A stretch of 64,000 nucleotides of DNA from the human T2T-CHM13v2.0 reference genome, Homo sapiens (GCF_009914755.1 NC_060926.1), one strand, 5' to 3'; positions 45,432 to 60,824 are shown, counted from the stretch's first letter. Notes: a model not told the origin generated them from the sequence alone. Program-made: numbers and translations.

Positions 45432-46580
45432 GTATGTGGCCTTTCATCTTAAAATACATATTTATGTTGTGTATGTAAACTCAAAACATCAATAATCACC
45501 CCCACTCACTCTGGAAATTATAATCTTCCTAAATAAACAAATAAAATAATTGTTTCACCTTGACTTCAACATTTGGTTCCAATTTAGCCTGTTACCTCTG
45601 GGTCCTTCACAGAATCCTAAGACCATCATGCATTTTCCCTGTCACTGGCCAAGCCCCTACATCTCCAGGCCTTCTGCCTAGTCCATCCATAATCTACCTG
45701 ATCACAGTCCAACAATTACATGAGGATTTCAATAATAATATAACCCTCTCCCTTTGCCCTTCTTCTACCAGGCTGGGCACATTTGTGTCATATTACACAA
45801 AGGTCTGTGGATCCATACGTGATTCAATTATAAAAATACAGTGACAAATGTCCAAAGCAGATAAATTAAAACATGGTTTATTAAAAGCATGATCACAGTG
45901 CCAGATCATAACCCAGAGCAAACTGGGTTGTTTTACTCCTCTGTGTAAGACCTTGTGATGCTGCACCATTACCTAAGGGTAGTCCAAGCTCTTCAGCATG
46001 CACTCGAAGCTCTCCCATGACCTAGGCCTGCTCAGAGTCACCAGGCACCAGAAGCAACCCCTGGACTTGGACTGGACCTAAAGAAGGAGTCAGTGAAGGA
46101 ACCCCAGGGCACCACGTTCCTGCCATGGACCTCTGAGATCCTAGACACAGGAGTTCTTGTGACCCCCACAGACCTTTGGACTGGCAGGCAGAGCAGCCCA
46201 AAGAATAAGCAGAGGCACAGTTTGAACCCACACACAGCCCAGAAGGCTTTGCTGTGCTGTGCAGCTGCAGGATAACACTACCACACTCATCCCCCAAAGC
46301 TCTCCATGTTACACTGAGTGGCTGCAGCTCCTGCTATCTGCCAGGCCAAGAAAGAGCAGGTCCTGAGCATGCTCATGCCTCAAGACAGGCCCCACCACCA
46401 CTGCTACAGGCCCAAAGTGCATCTATTCCATGCACCCCTTTGCCTGCTGGCCCCTCCCAAGACCACCTCTGAGGCCGCTCCTGTGGGAGAGTGCCCACAG
46501 CACAGCCTCCACGGCCCTGCCTGAGTGTTTTATTGGCAGCCCAGGAGTAGTTCACCACCCCCATCACAGCCAGTGCTTGA

Positions 46581-47079
<499 letters not shown>

Positions 47080-48586
47080 TGAGCATGGCCTAACAGCCAC
47101 CACTTTTCCCTTACTGAGTTCCATAGCCCAGAATGCCTGGGCTGGCTCAGTGATCTGGACAAAAATGGCTTGGGACAAGCCTAGCTGGTTGGGCCTGCTA
47201 CTTGGGCAGAGACTGGAGGGAGACCCACCAGGTCAGGGAACATGAGCTGGGCAGGCCCCACAACCATCCGCTGGGCTGAGAAGCCTAGGCAGCAGGTGCC
47301 ATATTGGTTGTACACTGGCAGTGCCACTAACCTGTCCAGGGAGTCTCCACCTTTGAACAACTGCATCACCAAACCACCTGCAGACATACTCCACAACTCA
47401 CTCTAACTTTGGCAAGCACAGGGGATAGGCAGTTACCTAAGGAGTAAATGGTCTTCTAGAGACAGTCTTTGGTGCAAAGCACCCCTAAGAAAGGAGGGAG
47501 CGCACTCCACCAAAGCCCCACTTGGGAAAAAGGAAATGGGGGTGTGATGCCAGCCACTAAAAGAGACACCACCAAGGCCTAGGAATGGACTTAAAGAGGG
47601 AGCGTCTCTCATTTTCCACCCTCACCCACATTCCCATTGGAGCCCTTCCTGTTGGGGCCTGGTAAGTGTGTGTACTTCAGTAAGCTGCTTTTCTGTGATT
47701 CTCCATTGGACCCACCCTGCTGAAAGTAACTGTGAGTTGGAGGAGCATGCTTCTCTGTTGCCTCCACCCCCACTGAGGGCTATTGCAGCTAAGAGCCTAT
47801 GTGCTGGCTCTTTTAAGCCAGGACTACAGCCTGAATTACAATACCAAACAAAAATAACATTGCTACAAGCAATGCCTGTCAAACACACTGCACAAACCTC
47901 TATGTAACCAAAGAACCCATATAGAGCCTTGCCCCTCTGAAAGCACCCAGAAACAAAGCCAATTGATTGTACACAACATACACCACAGTCATATCCTCCA
48001 GGAAAAAAAAGAATAAAATGTCAAAAAACTCCATCCAAACAAGCAAATTCAAAAAGATAAAGAGGCATCAATTCCTTCAGATAAGAAGAAATCAGCACAA
48101 GAACTTCAGCAATACAAAAAGCCAGAGTGCTTTGTTACCTCCAAAGGATCACACTAGTTCCCTAGCAATGGATCCTATTCAGATTGAAATGTCTGAAATA
48201 ATAGATACAGAATTCAGAATATGTATGACAAGGAAACTCAATGAGATCCAAGAGAAAGTTGAAATCCAATGCAAAGAAGCCAGAGAAATAATCCAAGGTT
48301 TGAAAGATGATACAGCTATATTAAGAAAGAACCAAACAGAGCTTCTGAAATTGAAAATCTCACTACGGGAGTATCAAAATGAAACTGGAAGTCTTAACAA
48401 CAGATTAGACCAAGCAGAAGAATGAATTTCAGAGCTCAAAGTTTGGTCCTTTGAATCAACCCAGTCAGAAAAAAATAAAGAAAAGAGAATTTTTTAAAAA
48501 ATGAGCAAAGGCTCTGAGAAATATGAGATTATGTAAAGTGACTAAATCTACCATTTATTATCATTCCTTGGAGAGAAAAGAAAGTA

Positions 48587-49052
48587 TTATTCACAATAGC
48601 AAAGACTTGGAACCAACCCAAATGTCCAACAATGATAGACTGGATTAAGAAAATGTGGCACATATTCACCATGGAATACTATGCAGCCATAAAACATGAT
48701 GAGTTCATGTCCTTTGTAGGGACATGGATGAAATTGGAAATCATCATTCTCAGTAAACTATCGCAAGAACAAAAAACCAAACACCCCATATTCTCACTCA
48801 TAGGTGGGAATTGAACAATGAGATCACATGGACACAGGAAGGGGAATATCACACTCTGGGGACTGTGGTGGGGTGGGGGGAGGGGGGAGGGATAGCATTG
48901 GGAGATATACCTAATGCTAGATGACGAGTTAGTGGGTGCAGCGCACCAGCATGGCACATGTATACATATGCAACTAACCTGCACAATGTGCACATGTACC
49001 CTAAAACTTAAAGTATAATTAAAAAAAAAGAAAAAGAAAAAGAAAAAAAAAA
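48587..49052 (+). mobile_element. Short L1PA2-like 3' insertion
   Basis: 3'UTR with gagatcacatgg, ggggaatatcac, gctagatgacGAGttagtggg; long A tail; TSD AAAAGAAAGTA at 48576-48586 and 49053-49063. Confidence 0.88.
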
Positions 49053-49374
49053 AAAAGAAAGTAAGCAACTGGAAAACATATTTGAGTATATAATCCAGGA
49101 ATATTTCCCCAATCTCACTAGAGAAGTTGGCATGCAGATACAAGAAATCCAGAGAACTCCTGCAAGATACTGTATGAGCTGACCATCCCTAAGACATAGT
49201 CATCAGACTTTCCAAGGTCAAATCAAAGAAAAAATCTTAAGGCATTAGAGAAAAGGGCTATATTACCTATAAGGGGAATCCTATCAGAGTAAGAGCAGAC
49301 TCTCAGCAGAAAACTTAGAAGCCAGAAGAGATTGGGGGCCCATTTTTAGCATTCTTAAAGAAAAGAAATTCCTG

Positions 49375-49737
<363 letters not shown>

Positions 49738-51697
49738 TTATAAACAAAAAACAAATAAAATCTTTCCCAAGCAAGTAATCACTGAGGGAATTTGGCACCA
49801 GCAGACCAGCTCTACAAGAAATGCTTAAGGGAATCCTAAACATAGAAATGAAAGAACAATACATGTAACCACAAAATCACACATAAGTACATAGCCTACA
49901 GACTGCATAAAGCAACTACACAATCGGGACTACAAAGCAGCTAGCCAACAACACCACAACAAAAACAACACCTCACATATCAATATTAACCTTGAACATA
50001 AATGACCTAAACATTCCACTTAAAAGATATAGAATGGCAAATTGAATTAAAAAACAAGACCCATCGTTCTGCTGTCTTCAAGAGACCCATCTCACATGTA
50101 ATGACAACTATAGGCTCAAAGTAAAGGGTGGAAAAAGATCTATCATGCAAACAAAATAAAAAAGAGCAGAGGATGCTATTCTTGTATCAGAGAAATCAGA
50201 CCCTAAACTAACAAGAATAAAAAAGGACAAAGAGGGCATGATATAATGATAAAGAATTCAATTCAAGAAGATTTGATGATCCTAAATATATATGCTCCCA
50301 ACATTGGAGCACTCAGATTTATAAAATAATTACTTCTACCTAAGAAAAGACTTTTACAGCCGCACAATAATCAGAGGAGCAGGGGGTGGGGGGACTTCAA
50401 CACTCCACTGACAACATTAGATCATCAAGGAAGAAAATTAACAAAGAAATTCTAGACCTAAATTCAATACTTGACTAATTGGACCTAATAGACATCTACA
50501 GAATACTCCACCAATAACCAAAGAATATACAGTCTTCTCATCTGCACACAAAACATACTCTAATATTGACCACATGCTTGGTCATAAAGCAAGTCTCAAC
50601 AAATTTAAAAAATCAAAATTATACCAAGCATCTTCTCAGAACACAGTGGAATATAATTAGAAATCAATACCAAAAGGAACTCTCAAAACCACACAAATGC
50701 ATGGAAACTAAACAACTTGCTCCTGAATGACTTTTGGGTAAACAAAGAAATTAAGGCAAAAATCAAAAAATTATTTGAAACAAATGAACATAAGAGACCC
50801 AAGACACCAAAAGCTCTGAGATGCAACAAAAACAGTGTTAAGGGGAAAGTGTATAAAGCTAACTGCCTACATCAAAAAGGTATTAATAGAAAGACCTCAA
50901 ATTAACAACCTAATGTTGCACCCAAAGGAACTGGAAAAATAAGAACAAACTAAACTCGAAGAATGCAGAAACAGAAAACCAAATACTGCATGTTCTCACT
51001 TACAAGTGGAAGCTAAACACTGGGTACACATGGACGTAAAGATGGGAACAATAGACCCTGGGGACTCCAAAAGGGGGGAAAAGGAAGGAAGAAAAGAGTT
51101 GAAAAACAACCTGTTAGATACTATGTTCACTATTTGGGTGATGAAGTTCAATAGAAGCCCAAACCTCAGCACCATGCAATATATCCGTGTAACAAATGTG
51201 CACGTGTACCCTCTGAATCTAAAATGTTTTTTTAAAAATTAAGACAAGTGGCAAATCAAAACATTTTTGAAACAAAAAACAGAAAATTTAGCTTTCTATA
51301 TTATAGAATTATCTTATAAATTAATAATAAATAATAAAATGCTAAAAATCAAAAATGTTAAAAAAACATTATGAATAATTCATAAAGGAGTAATATAGAT
51401 GGTCAATGAACATATTTTTCAATATTTAAATACTTAAAGTGCAAAAAATGAGAAACTATTTTATCCATTAAATTAGAAACATTTGTTTAAGTAATAATAT
51501 TAATTCTTGCGAAGACATAGAAAGGCTTTATGATACACTATTGTTGGAAATATAAATTGATACAATGTTTTTAGAAATTAATATGGTAATACCCAGTTTT
51601 AAAATATCGCCTCTACTTAATCTATCATTTAAAGAATTTCAAAAATGGTGGATGAAATTCATACAAACATATTCTATTCCCGAAGTGTAATAAGATC

Positions 51698-51998
<301 letters not shown>

Positions 51999-52577
51999 CT
52001 AATAAAATCAAAAAACTAGAAATTTCCAAAAAATAGATAAGTAACTCATATTAATTACAGTGCATTTATACCATAATTAGTATCACATTGTCACTTAAAT
52101 TATCACAGTCACTTAAAGCATGGTTCATGAGGATTTTTCAGTGATATTAGAAGACTCATAATATTGAAAATGAATTAATATTACATAAATTTATTAGCTC
52201 AATTTTGCAAACTTTATGCACATATATACAGAAAGTGTCCAAGTTGAAGTAAGCTATAGTTTATTTAATTAAATATTACTTCATTATAAGTAATTATATC
52301 TGGAAAGTAAGTATCATGAATATTTTTTATTTATATTTTTCTACCTTCAAATTTTTCTGTAATAAGCCGTATTTTTCTAATTTTAAAAAAAAGTTAATTG
52401 AATAAAAGAATGACCTGAAACTGTGTTCTCATGATTTTTCCCTCACTTTCATAATTTCTTTTAACTGATCAACTTAAAAATGTTTAACCATTCTTTATTG
52501 TAGTAAAATATGTATAACAGAAAATATACATTTTAATCATTTTTAAGCATACAGTTCAGTGGCATTAAGTACATTTA

Positions 52578-52904
52578 TTTATTTATTTTTATTTTATTTC
52601 CTTTTGAAATAGGGCCTCCCTCTGTTGCCCTGGCTAGAGTGCAGTGGGGAGATCATAGTTCACCACAACTTCTAATTCCTGGGATCAAGCTATTCCCCAT
52701 TCAGCCTCCCAAGTAACTAGGACCACAGGTATACACCACCACACCCAGCTAATTTTTTTTTTTTTATAGGGACAGAGTCTTACCATGTTGCCCATGCTGG
52801 TCTCAAACTATTGGGCTAAAGCAATCCCTTTTGGGCTAAAGCAGTCTTCCTGCCTTGACCACCCAAAGTGTTGGGATTACAGGCATGAGCCACTGGGCCT
52901 GGCC
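52578..52904 (-). mobile_element. AluJ inside a short antisense L1M 3' fragment
   Basis: 15-bp TSD CATTAAGTACATTTA at 52563-52577 and 52905-52919. Confidence 0.87.
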
Positions 52905-53029
52905 CATTAAGTACATTTACATTGTTGCTCAACAAAAAAATTTTTAGTATAACAGTAACAACTATGTACTAGGCATTTCCAATGACCACATTTTACCAAC
53001 TCTACCTCCAAGACAGAAAATAAAATTTC

Positions 53030-53320
53030 CTTAAGCCAGTCACAAAAAGACAAATACTGCATGATTTAACTTTTATGGAGTTATCTAAAATAGTCAAATT
53101 CATAGAATTAAAGAGTGGAATGGTAGTTGCCAGGGGCTGGGGAGAGGGGGAAATGGGGAGTTACTAATCAACAGGCATAAAGTTGCAGTCAAGCAAGATG
53201 AATCAGCACTAGAGATCTTTTGTGCAACATTGTACCTATAGTCAGCAATAATTACTGTCTTAATTTGTTAAGAGGGTAGATCTCATGTTAATTGTTCTTA
53301 CCACAATAAAATAAAGTGAA
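53030..53320 (+). mobile_element. L1MA 3' end fragment
   Basis: taagccagtcacaaaaagacaaatactgcatg...accacaataaaataaa. Confidence 0.75.
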
Positions 53321-53436
53321 AATAAATAATATGGTTTTAGAGAACTGCCTTTACTTTTGTAAATAATTATGTGTGCTGCAAATTTGTTTTCTGAGAATTT
53401 GAGTCTTCACTGTTCTGTCTCTTATTGCCATTACAG

Positions 53437-53566
53437 TACAAAGAGACCAGCACTTTAATCAACACCATACTTGAGGTTCAGCCAAGGTCATCTACTGGTG
53501 GAGAGGGAAAAAGCAATGACGAAATTGTTCAAGAACTTGTTGCTTCTGTCCAGACCAGAGTTCCAG
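53437..53566 (+). CDS. DNAH6: DNAH6 coding exon H (130 nt; YKETSTLINTILEVQPRSSTGGEGKSNDEIVQELVASVQTRVP)
   Basis: ttacag acceptor; CAG|gtaata donor; phase 0 to 1; in frame with neighbours. Confidence 0.92.
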
Positions 53567-53848
53567 GTAATAAATAATTCTAGGAATCTGTATGTAATGG
53601 GAATTTTAGGAATAAACTCAGAGAACTGAGTGATAAACAGGTGTCAAAACCTGCTTATTATGTAGACTTTTTTTAACCTAAAGAGCTCTTTTGACATGGA
53701 GCTCTTCATTTATAGACTAGAAGCTTACAGCATCTCAACATCTCAACTGCCAGAAGCATTAGGAGGAAATTGGTTTCCAGCTCAATGTAACTTTAACCAG
53801 ACTCTTTCCTGAGCTTCCCTTGGTTTCATTATTCTACTGTCTCTAGAC

Positions 53849-54017
53849 CTGTGCTGTGGAAGAAAATAGCCACTAGCCAATATGGCTACCTAAATTTAAA
53901 CTTAATGTAATTTAAAATTCATTTCCTCATTTGTACCAGTCACATTTCAAGTGCTATCATATTGGACAGTATAGAGATAGAGAACAATTCCACTAAAAGC
54001 TCTACTAGACAGTCCTG
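53849..54017 (-). mobile_element. MER3 (hAT-Charlie MITE)
   Basis: tagccactagcca, cacatttcaagtgc, attggacag motifs; degenerate 8-bp TSD CTCTAGAC/CTGTAGAA. Confidence 0.75.
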
Positions 54018-54109
54018 CTGTAGAATCCATTTAAATTTTTTCTCCACTTAGAAGACATATGGCTAAATTACTTTCACCTTGTTTTCTGATAAGTGAAAGA
54101 GTCTTCCCA

Positions 54110-54437
<328 letters not shown>

Positions 54438-55892
54438 CTATTTTAACACTTTTCTTAGATCGATAGGAGATTTAGATGTCTTCATTATTCATGGTTGGAA
54501 GAGATGTCATTATAGGAAAAAGAAAATTGAGGCAGAAAAAACAGCAACTGAGTCCTGCTAATGCCCTTAAAGCCCCTGGAAGAAAAGGAGCCTTGTGGTT
54601 TCAGAAGTCAGTTATCTGCCTCCTAGAAGCAGGCCCTCAAGAGAATGTCTACTTGGGTAGAGAATTCTGTTGTTGAAGCAAACAGAGTCATTAAATATAA
54701 GATCAATAAATATAAGATAGAGTGCTGGTTGGGAAAAGGATGGAGAGATGAATGGATAGCTGCAGAGACCATGCACTTGTTTGGTAGAATCCCACTGACA
54801 CCTAGGAGGGTTTTCTCTCCAGGCTTCATAAAGCTTGTACTTTTACTGTGAAATGCTAAGCAGATCATCTGCTGAGACTGAAGGGGCAGGAAAACAATTG
54901 GCTCAGCAAAAGAACTGAGGGTTTGAAATAGCCCTGAGAGGAATGGTGGAAAGAGAAGACCAGGGACATGTAACCACAGCACAGCGGACCCAAGAGATTA
55001 GACTCATTGGCACTGCTGTGGGATTTTTGTCCAGCAGCCAAATGTGTGTGGTCAAGAAGGAATTTGATACATGTATGTCATAGCCATTTGTTTACACATA
55101 CTTTTCTCAAATACGCAAGAAAAAGGCTGTTCCTTCCTCTTTCGTAGCTCATATCGTTCTTCATCTGAGCCTGCATTTGGTGGATTGTAGGGAGAAAGAA
55201 GAGCTACATTTTCCATCCAGTTTGAACTATGGGCCTGTTTAATAATGCAGTCAGTCCCTTTAAATAATGCCCAGTAACATGCGATAAACACTAAGTCTCT
55301 CTCCTGTCTCAGTCTCCTGCCCCCAACCTTTCCTATGCAGTGCAGGTGAGCAGGGAAGTGGGAGATTTAAACGCTTGTATGGTAGAGGGGGAGACTTAGG
55401 GTCCCTGGGCCGTCTAGTCTCTGGAATGTTCCTTGTCTGCCAGGCAACCGCTTCATCCTGCTAGCATTTACCACTGAAGCCTTCAGGGCTCTGCCTCCCA
55501 ATCAGCCAAAGCCAGGCACACCTTCCTATGCCCTCCTGCCAACCCCCTCATTCCACATTGGAGACCTTTCAAACCCCTCATCAAACTTGCAGATACCACT
55601 GAGCCATGCTGACCTTCCATTACATCCTCTTCCCTCTCAACCCCTCACCTCCTCCCCACAGTCAACCAGAATGAAAATAAGCAGGCTTCTCCTTCCTTTT
55701 TCCAGTCCTCCTTCTACATTAGCACAGCCAGTCTTTCTATGATCTCACTTAAGCAACAAGGACCTACCTCTCCTGTCCCAGGGCCATAGATCACATAGCT
55801 CACACTGGCTGGGAAGATGAAAATACCCATGGGGAACATGCTTTAAGGGAAGAAACAAAATGCAATGGTTTAATGTTTGAGAAAAAAAAGTG

Positions 55893-55900
<8 letters not shown>

Positions 55901-55936
<36 letters not shown>
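55901..55936. repeat. (TG)18 microsatellite
   Basis: Direct reading. Confidence 0.93.
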
Positions 55937-55940
<4 letters not shown>

Positions 55941-56181
55941 CCCTGATACACTGATACACATGAATTTAAACATAATTTTCTGTGATTGCTTCTATATAAA
56001 CACAGTTGAATCACAAAAGCATTCTAAATTATAGAAACATCACATTTAAATCCTATGTATCTGGCTTAAACAATGAGAGAAGCTGGCTTTTTAAAAATGT
56101 TAAGATAAGCACATTGCCTTAGCAATATTGTGAGAACAAATCAATGGTGACTGGCCTGAGGAATCGCTGTGTATGTTTCAG

Positions 56182-56309
56182 AAAAACTGGAAATGGAGGG
56201 TGCTTCTGAGAGCCTTTTTGTCAAGGATCTTCAAGGACGTCTGAACTCCTTGACCACCGTTCTTGGACAGGAAGTGGACCGGTTTAACAACCTGCTGAAG
56301 TTAATTCAT
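56182..56309 (+). CDS. DNAH6: DNAH6 coding exon I (128 nt; [16 protein letters not shown]...[21 protein letters not shown])
   Basis: tttcag acceptor; CAT|gtatga donor; phase 1 to 0; VLxQExxRFNxLL dynein motif. Confidence 0.92.
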
Positions 56310-56680
56310 GTATGAGAGCTTACTTTCATCATTGCTATTGAGCATCAAAGCTTTGTAGAGAGTTGTATAATATGAAATTCTTCCATTCCCATCACTTCAG
56401 CATTTCCATTTGGATACACTAACAACTCTTCAAGCCCAATGAGTCTAAAAATGAATTTATCCTTCTCTAATGAATCTGTATTCCCATTTTCTAATAATGA
56501 TGGAGTGAATATGTAACATTACAAATTCTCAGTCTCCTCCTTATCCTTACACCCTTAGATTCTATTGACTCACTAGAAATTGTTCAGAGACCTAAGCACT
56601 CAATTAAGAGTAATTCAGTGTTTGTTCCTAATGTCTAGTTTGCATTTCATAACATAGTCTTTAAGCGAGACTGTGAAAAC

Positions 56681-56868
56681 CATAATCTGTCAAAGTGTGG
56701 GCCACAGAATGCCTGCATTAGAGTCCCCTGTGGTGTGTTCAACATGTGGATTACTTGATCCCACTCAAGACCTACTGAGTTAGAATTTCTTGAAGCAGGG
56801 CCTGGGAATATGAATTTTAAATAAACTCCCCAGATAATTTTAATGTCACTAAAATTTGCAAACACCTG
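56681..56868. mobile_element. MER5A-like hAT MITE
   Basis: tcaaagtgtgg...agacctactgag..agaat...gggcctgggaat...ctccccag pattern, ~190 bp. Confidence 0.7.
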
Positions 56869-57334
56869 TTTGATCTTCTGCTTTATGTTCATAGATACTT
56901 TCTCTCTGCATTGCCTTGCATTTGTAATGATGGTCAAAGGCCTTCCTAGTTTCTCTGTGCATAACTTTGATAAGAGAAAAAGAATAACTATTAGAAAATA
57001 TTGAGCATTGACAGGAAAAGTGTTACTGCTAAGCAGGGAACCAAACACCTACTTCAAGGTCAAGACTTGGGGATAAGATTGGGGGAGAACTGGGAGAGAT
57101 CTTTTACAGCTAAAGACCATTTCTGTTCCCTATCAGAAAGGCAAAGTCTCCGGAAGTTGCTGCTTGGCTGGCAATACCTAGGCTTGTTGGTTAGGCGGGT
57201 CAGCTGAGTATGTAGTCTTCACCTTGGGACTATGGCATCTAGTCAGGTATGCACCAAAGTCAGCAGGCTAAGTCTCTCTCCTCTCTCAGTCTCCTGGTCA
57301 GGTCACCAGGTCAGGGCTTATTTCCTTCTATATT

Positions 57335-57790
57335 GAATGAATTGGGGTACAGACTAAGCTGCTATGATAAAGACCCCCATAACATAGTCCAAAACAAGAG
57401 AAAAATTCACTTTACTCTCCCCTAACAGCCCTGAGGGAGCCCTGTCTAGGGCAGGTAGTTAATTCTGCTTTGTGAGCTCATCCAGGGATAAACAGGTTGG
57501 CTCTTCCAGTCTCAACAGACAACTTCTGTGTCTGGGTCTAAGGTGGCTGCCCCAGTTGTCCCCTTTTGCCAGCCAGTGGGAAGCAGGAAAGAGAGAGGCA
57601 AGGAAAAGCAGCTTCCTTATAAAAATGTGATCCAGTGGTAGTATACATCCTTTCTTCTTATATCCCATTAGCCAAAACTTGGTCACATGACCACAGCCCA
57701 GCCTCAAGGGTGGCTGGGAAAGGAGTCTCTCGATGGGGTGCTATGTGCCCAGCTAACACTAAGGAGGTGCTTTTGTTCTGAGGAACACCA
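57335..57790 (-). mobile_element. Old MLT1-family MaLR LTR
   Basis: cccattagccaaaacttggtcacatgaccaca...ggctgggaaa core motif. Confidence 0.55.
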
Positions 57791-59329
57791 GCTTATGTCT
57801 TGCCCTTTCCACATCATGAACTTTCACCCACTTGAATTTAAGTCCAGATGTCACTTATCCATAATGTCTTCCTGGAGACCAGCCCTTCCCTCTACTGCCA
57901 GATGAATTAGGGTCCCATCCTCAAGGCCCCATCATCTCAGGTCTCTGTGTCCACCACTGTATTCATTACATTTTTTGTAATTTCCCCCCTATGAGTATGG
58001 CTACTCTAACAAAGAATTTCTTAAAAACAAGGGAGATGTTACACTCGTCATCTTTGTTTCCTTAGTAACTGACATACTAAATCTTCCGTGAATATTTGAA
58101 TGTACAAGTGAACAAATGTGACTCTCAGGTCTCCTTTGGTCACTTTTTCTGGTCAAACAAACCCCAGTCCACCACTAACAGAGGAATTCCCCTAATGGAA
58201 GCATAAGGGGAGGAGCCCAGGGACAGGTGACCTGCAGGGCCATCAGGAATCACAGCCAAGCATTCCCATCAGAAGGGAGGTGCTCACCACGGCATGCTGT
58301 AATTGCCAGAGGCCTTCCTCACCTGACCTCTAGTCCTAGACCTCAGGCCTGGTCCTGCCTTGCCATGGCTTTGTTCCCAGCCTCACCTTCCCTTCCCCTT
58401 GGGAACAGCCAGGCAGTACTATGGTGGCAATAAGAAAGCCAGGGGAAGGGAGCAGCACCCAGGAGTCTTGGGGAATGCCATCCTGGTGAACCCACTCTCC
58501 TCCAGACAGAACCGTGGGATAGGACAGGTCCTAGGAGTGACAAGGCCACCCTGTGTAGGCTTCGAGCCATAGGAGAAGGAAAGCCTTTGAAGTACTCTTT
58601 CTCCCACTTAATACATCTGTGTGTTGGCTGCCTCCTTTGGGAGAATCGACTGCAACATGACCTCTTTCTATTTTAAGCAGACCTTGAAGATCTCAGCAGT
58701 CTGCTCCCTCCACCTCTATCATTTTTTGTGTTCTCTCTGCATTTTAGATGAGTCTTCTGCTACTTCTTCCTATTTCCAGGTCTATCATGGAGGATGGTCT
58801 TGGCTCTGGCTAAGGGCCTCTTTCCTGCACTCTGCTGCAGATGGTTCCTCAGATCCTAAGGACAAATCTAAGTAAAACACTTCTTTTTTCTACCACTACC
58901 TCTTGTGAAAAGAGGTACAGGGAGAAGGGAACCAACAAATAAATCTGTGAAAGAATGGAAGGACACGTAGCCTTGTTTCATCCACACAATGCCTGTCGCT
59001 AAGATGCTGTGCATGTGGTCCCAGGCCTTATTTGGTTGCTTAGTCAACATAAATTTTGCCTCTAACGTCTTCCTATTATATTTTCCCAATATATGGCAGT
59101 TTTCACAACACTGCGACCCATGGGGGCCATAACCCAACTATATGCTCTCCCTTGTCTTTAGCCAGGTGGCAAACATCGCCCTGTACTCCACTCCAGCCCA
59201 GTGTCTCCCAGGACTGTGGCCTGCCTCCATCTTCTGGTGAGAGAAGGAGAGGCTTGGAGACATGTTTTAAGGAGGTGTTTCCAGTTCAAGGAGACCCTCT
59301 GATGCCAGCTGGAAGATTAGTCTCATCTA

Positions 59330-59662
<333 letters not shown>

Positions 59663-60107
59663 CTAACTCTGGGGTTTGGGGGAACCCTCTGAGCAAAAAT
59701 GACCAGTAGCATGAGGTGGTTCTCACTCCCCATCTCCCCCTCCTCCTCACACTCTGTGCTTCCCAAATCACAGTCAGGCCTATTTTTCTTTTGGCCTGGA
59801 GGAGTGCTGGACAGTGGCATTTCTCCCAGCCACTTCTCCAGGCTTCAGGAGACATTTCTGCTTCCTTCTTTCCACTGCACTGGACTCTGCTTTCAACTGC
59901 CACCCTCAAGTGTTACACCGCAACGGTCACGTATTGTAGTAATGCGTGAAATATTGGAGGGTCTGGCCCAGCAGACAGTGTGCAAAGAGGATAGAACCTA
60001 GCAACTGGCGCCTCCAGGCAAGGCAGCCCCTGCTGTCATTAATGTGTGTCACTGACACTGGATAATGACATCTGCAAAGGCCACCAACCCCTTTTTTGTT
60101 CTTTCAG

Positions 60108-60293
60108 ACTTCTCTGGAAACACTCAACAAAGCCATCGCTGGATTTGTGGTGATGTCTGAAGAAATGGAAAAAGTGTATAACAGTTTCCTCAACAACCAG
60201 GTTCCCGCTCTGTGGTCCAACACAGCCTACCCATCCCTGAAGCCACTAGGATCATGGGTCAAAGACCTTATCCTGAGGACCTCATTTGTGGAT
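60108..60293 (+). CDS. DNAH6: DNAH6 coding exon J (186 nt; [21 protein letters not shown]...[22 protein letters not shown])
   Basis: ctttcag acceptor; GAT|gtaaga donor; phase 0 to 0; [10 protein letters not shown] motif. Confidence 0.93.
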
Positions 60294-60824
60294 GTAAGAA
60301 AATTCCTTTCACTGGGTTTTGATGAATCTGATGGCATAGTTGGCCTAAGGTCCCTAGGAAGCACTGGCTAAAGATATCCACAGTCACTGATGGATAATCT
60401 GAGCCCAGAGAAAAAGAGATGTCCAGAATGGCATCACTTTAAAAGTCTTATACTGATTATAATATCGTTTGCCCTAGGCACTCATCCCCACCTTCCACTT
60501 TAATTCCAGGCATCCTTGGGGTTTCAGCTCTAATTCATGGGACCCCACAGTGAGGTATAGACCAACCAAGATGAGTCCAGATCCCAGATAACTTTGCTGC
60601 TGTCTCCCTCTCACATACCCCACAATAACCAGGCTCTGTGTCCACAGTCATCAGGCTGGCAGAACAGGAAGGGGAATGCGGCAGGCAGTGAAATGGGGGT
60701 GGTGACTAACTCAGGGCTGCTTTAGATTCTGCCTCCTGAGAAACTCTCCCCAAATAGGACTTTGCTTTAGAAAACAAATTCCATCCCAGAAATAACGTTT
60801 ATTATGAATATGTTTCTCCTTCAG

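Noticed and set aside
47967-48425. 152-aa coiled-coil-like ORF
   Set aside because: Remnant of L1 ORF1p ending in a premature stop.
48868-48891. G-quadruplex-like G tracts (also ~42940-42962)
   Set aside because: Standard feature of L1PA 3'UTRs, not locus-specific.
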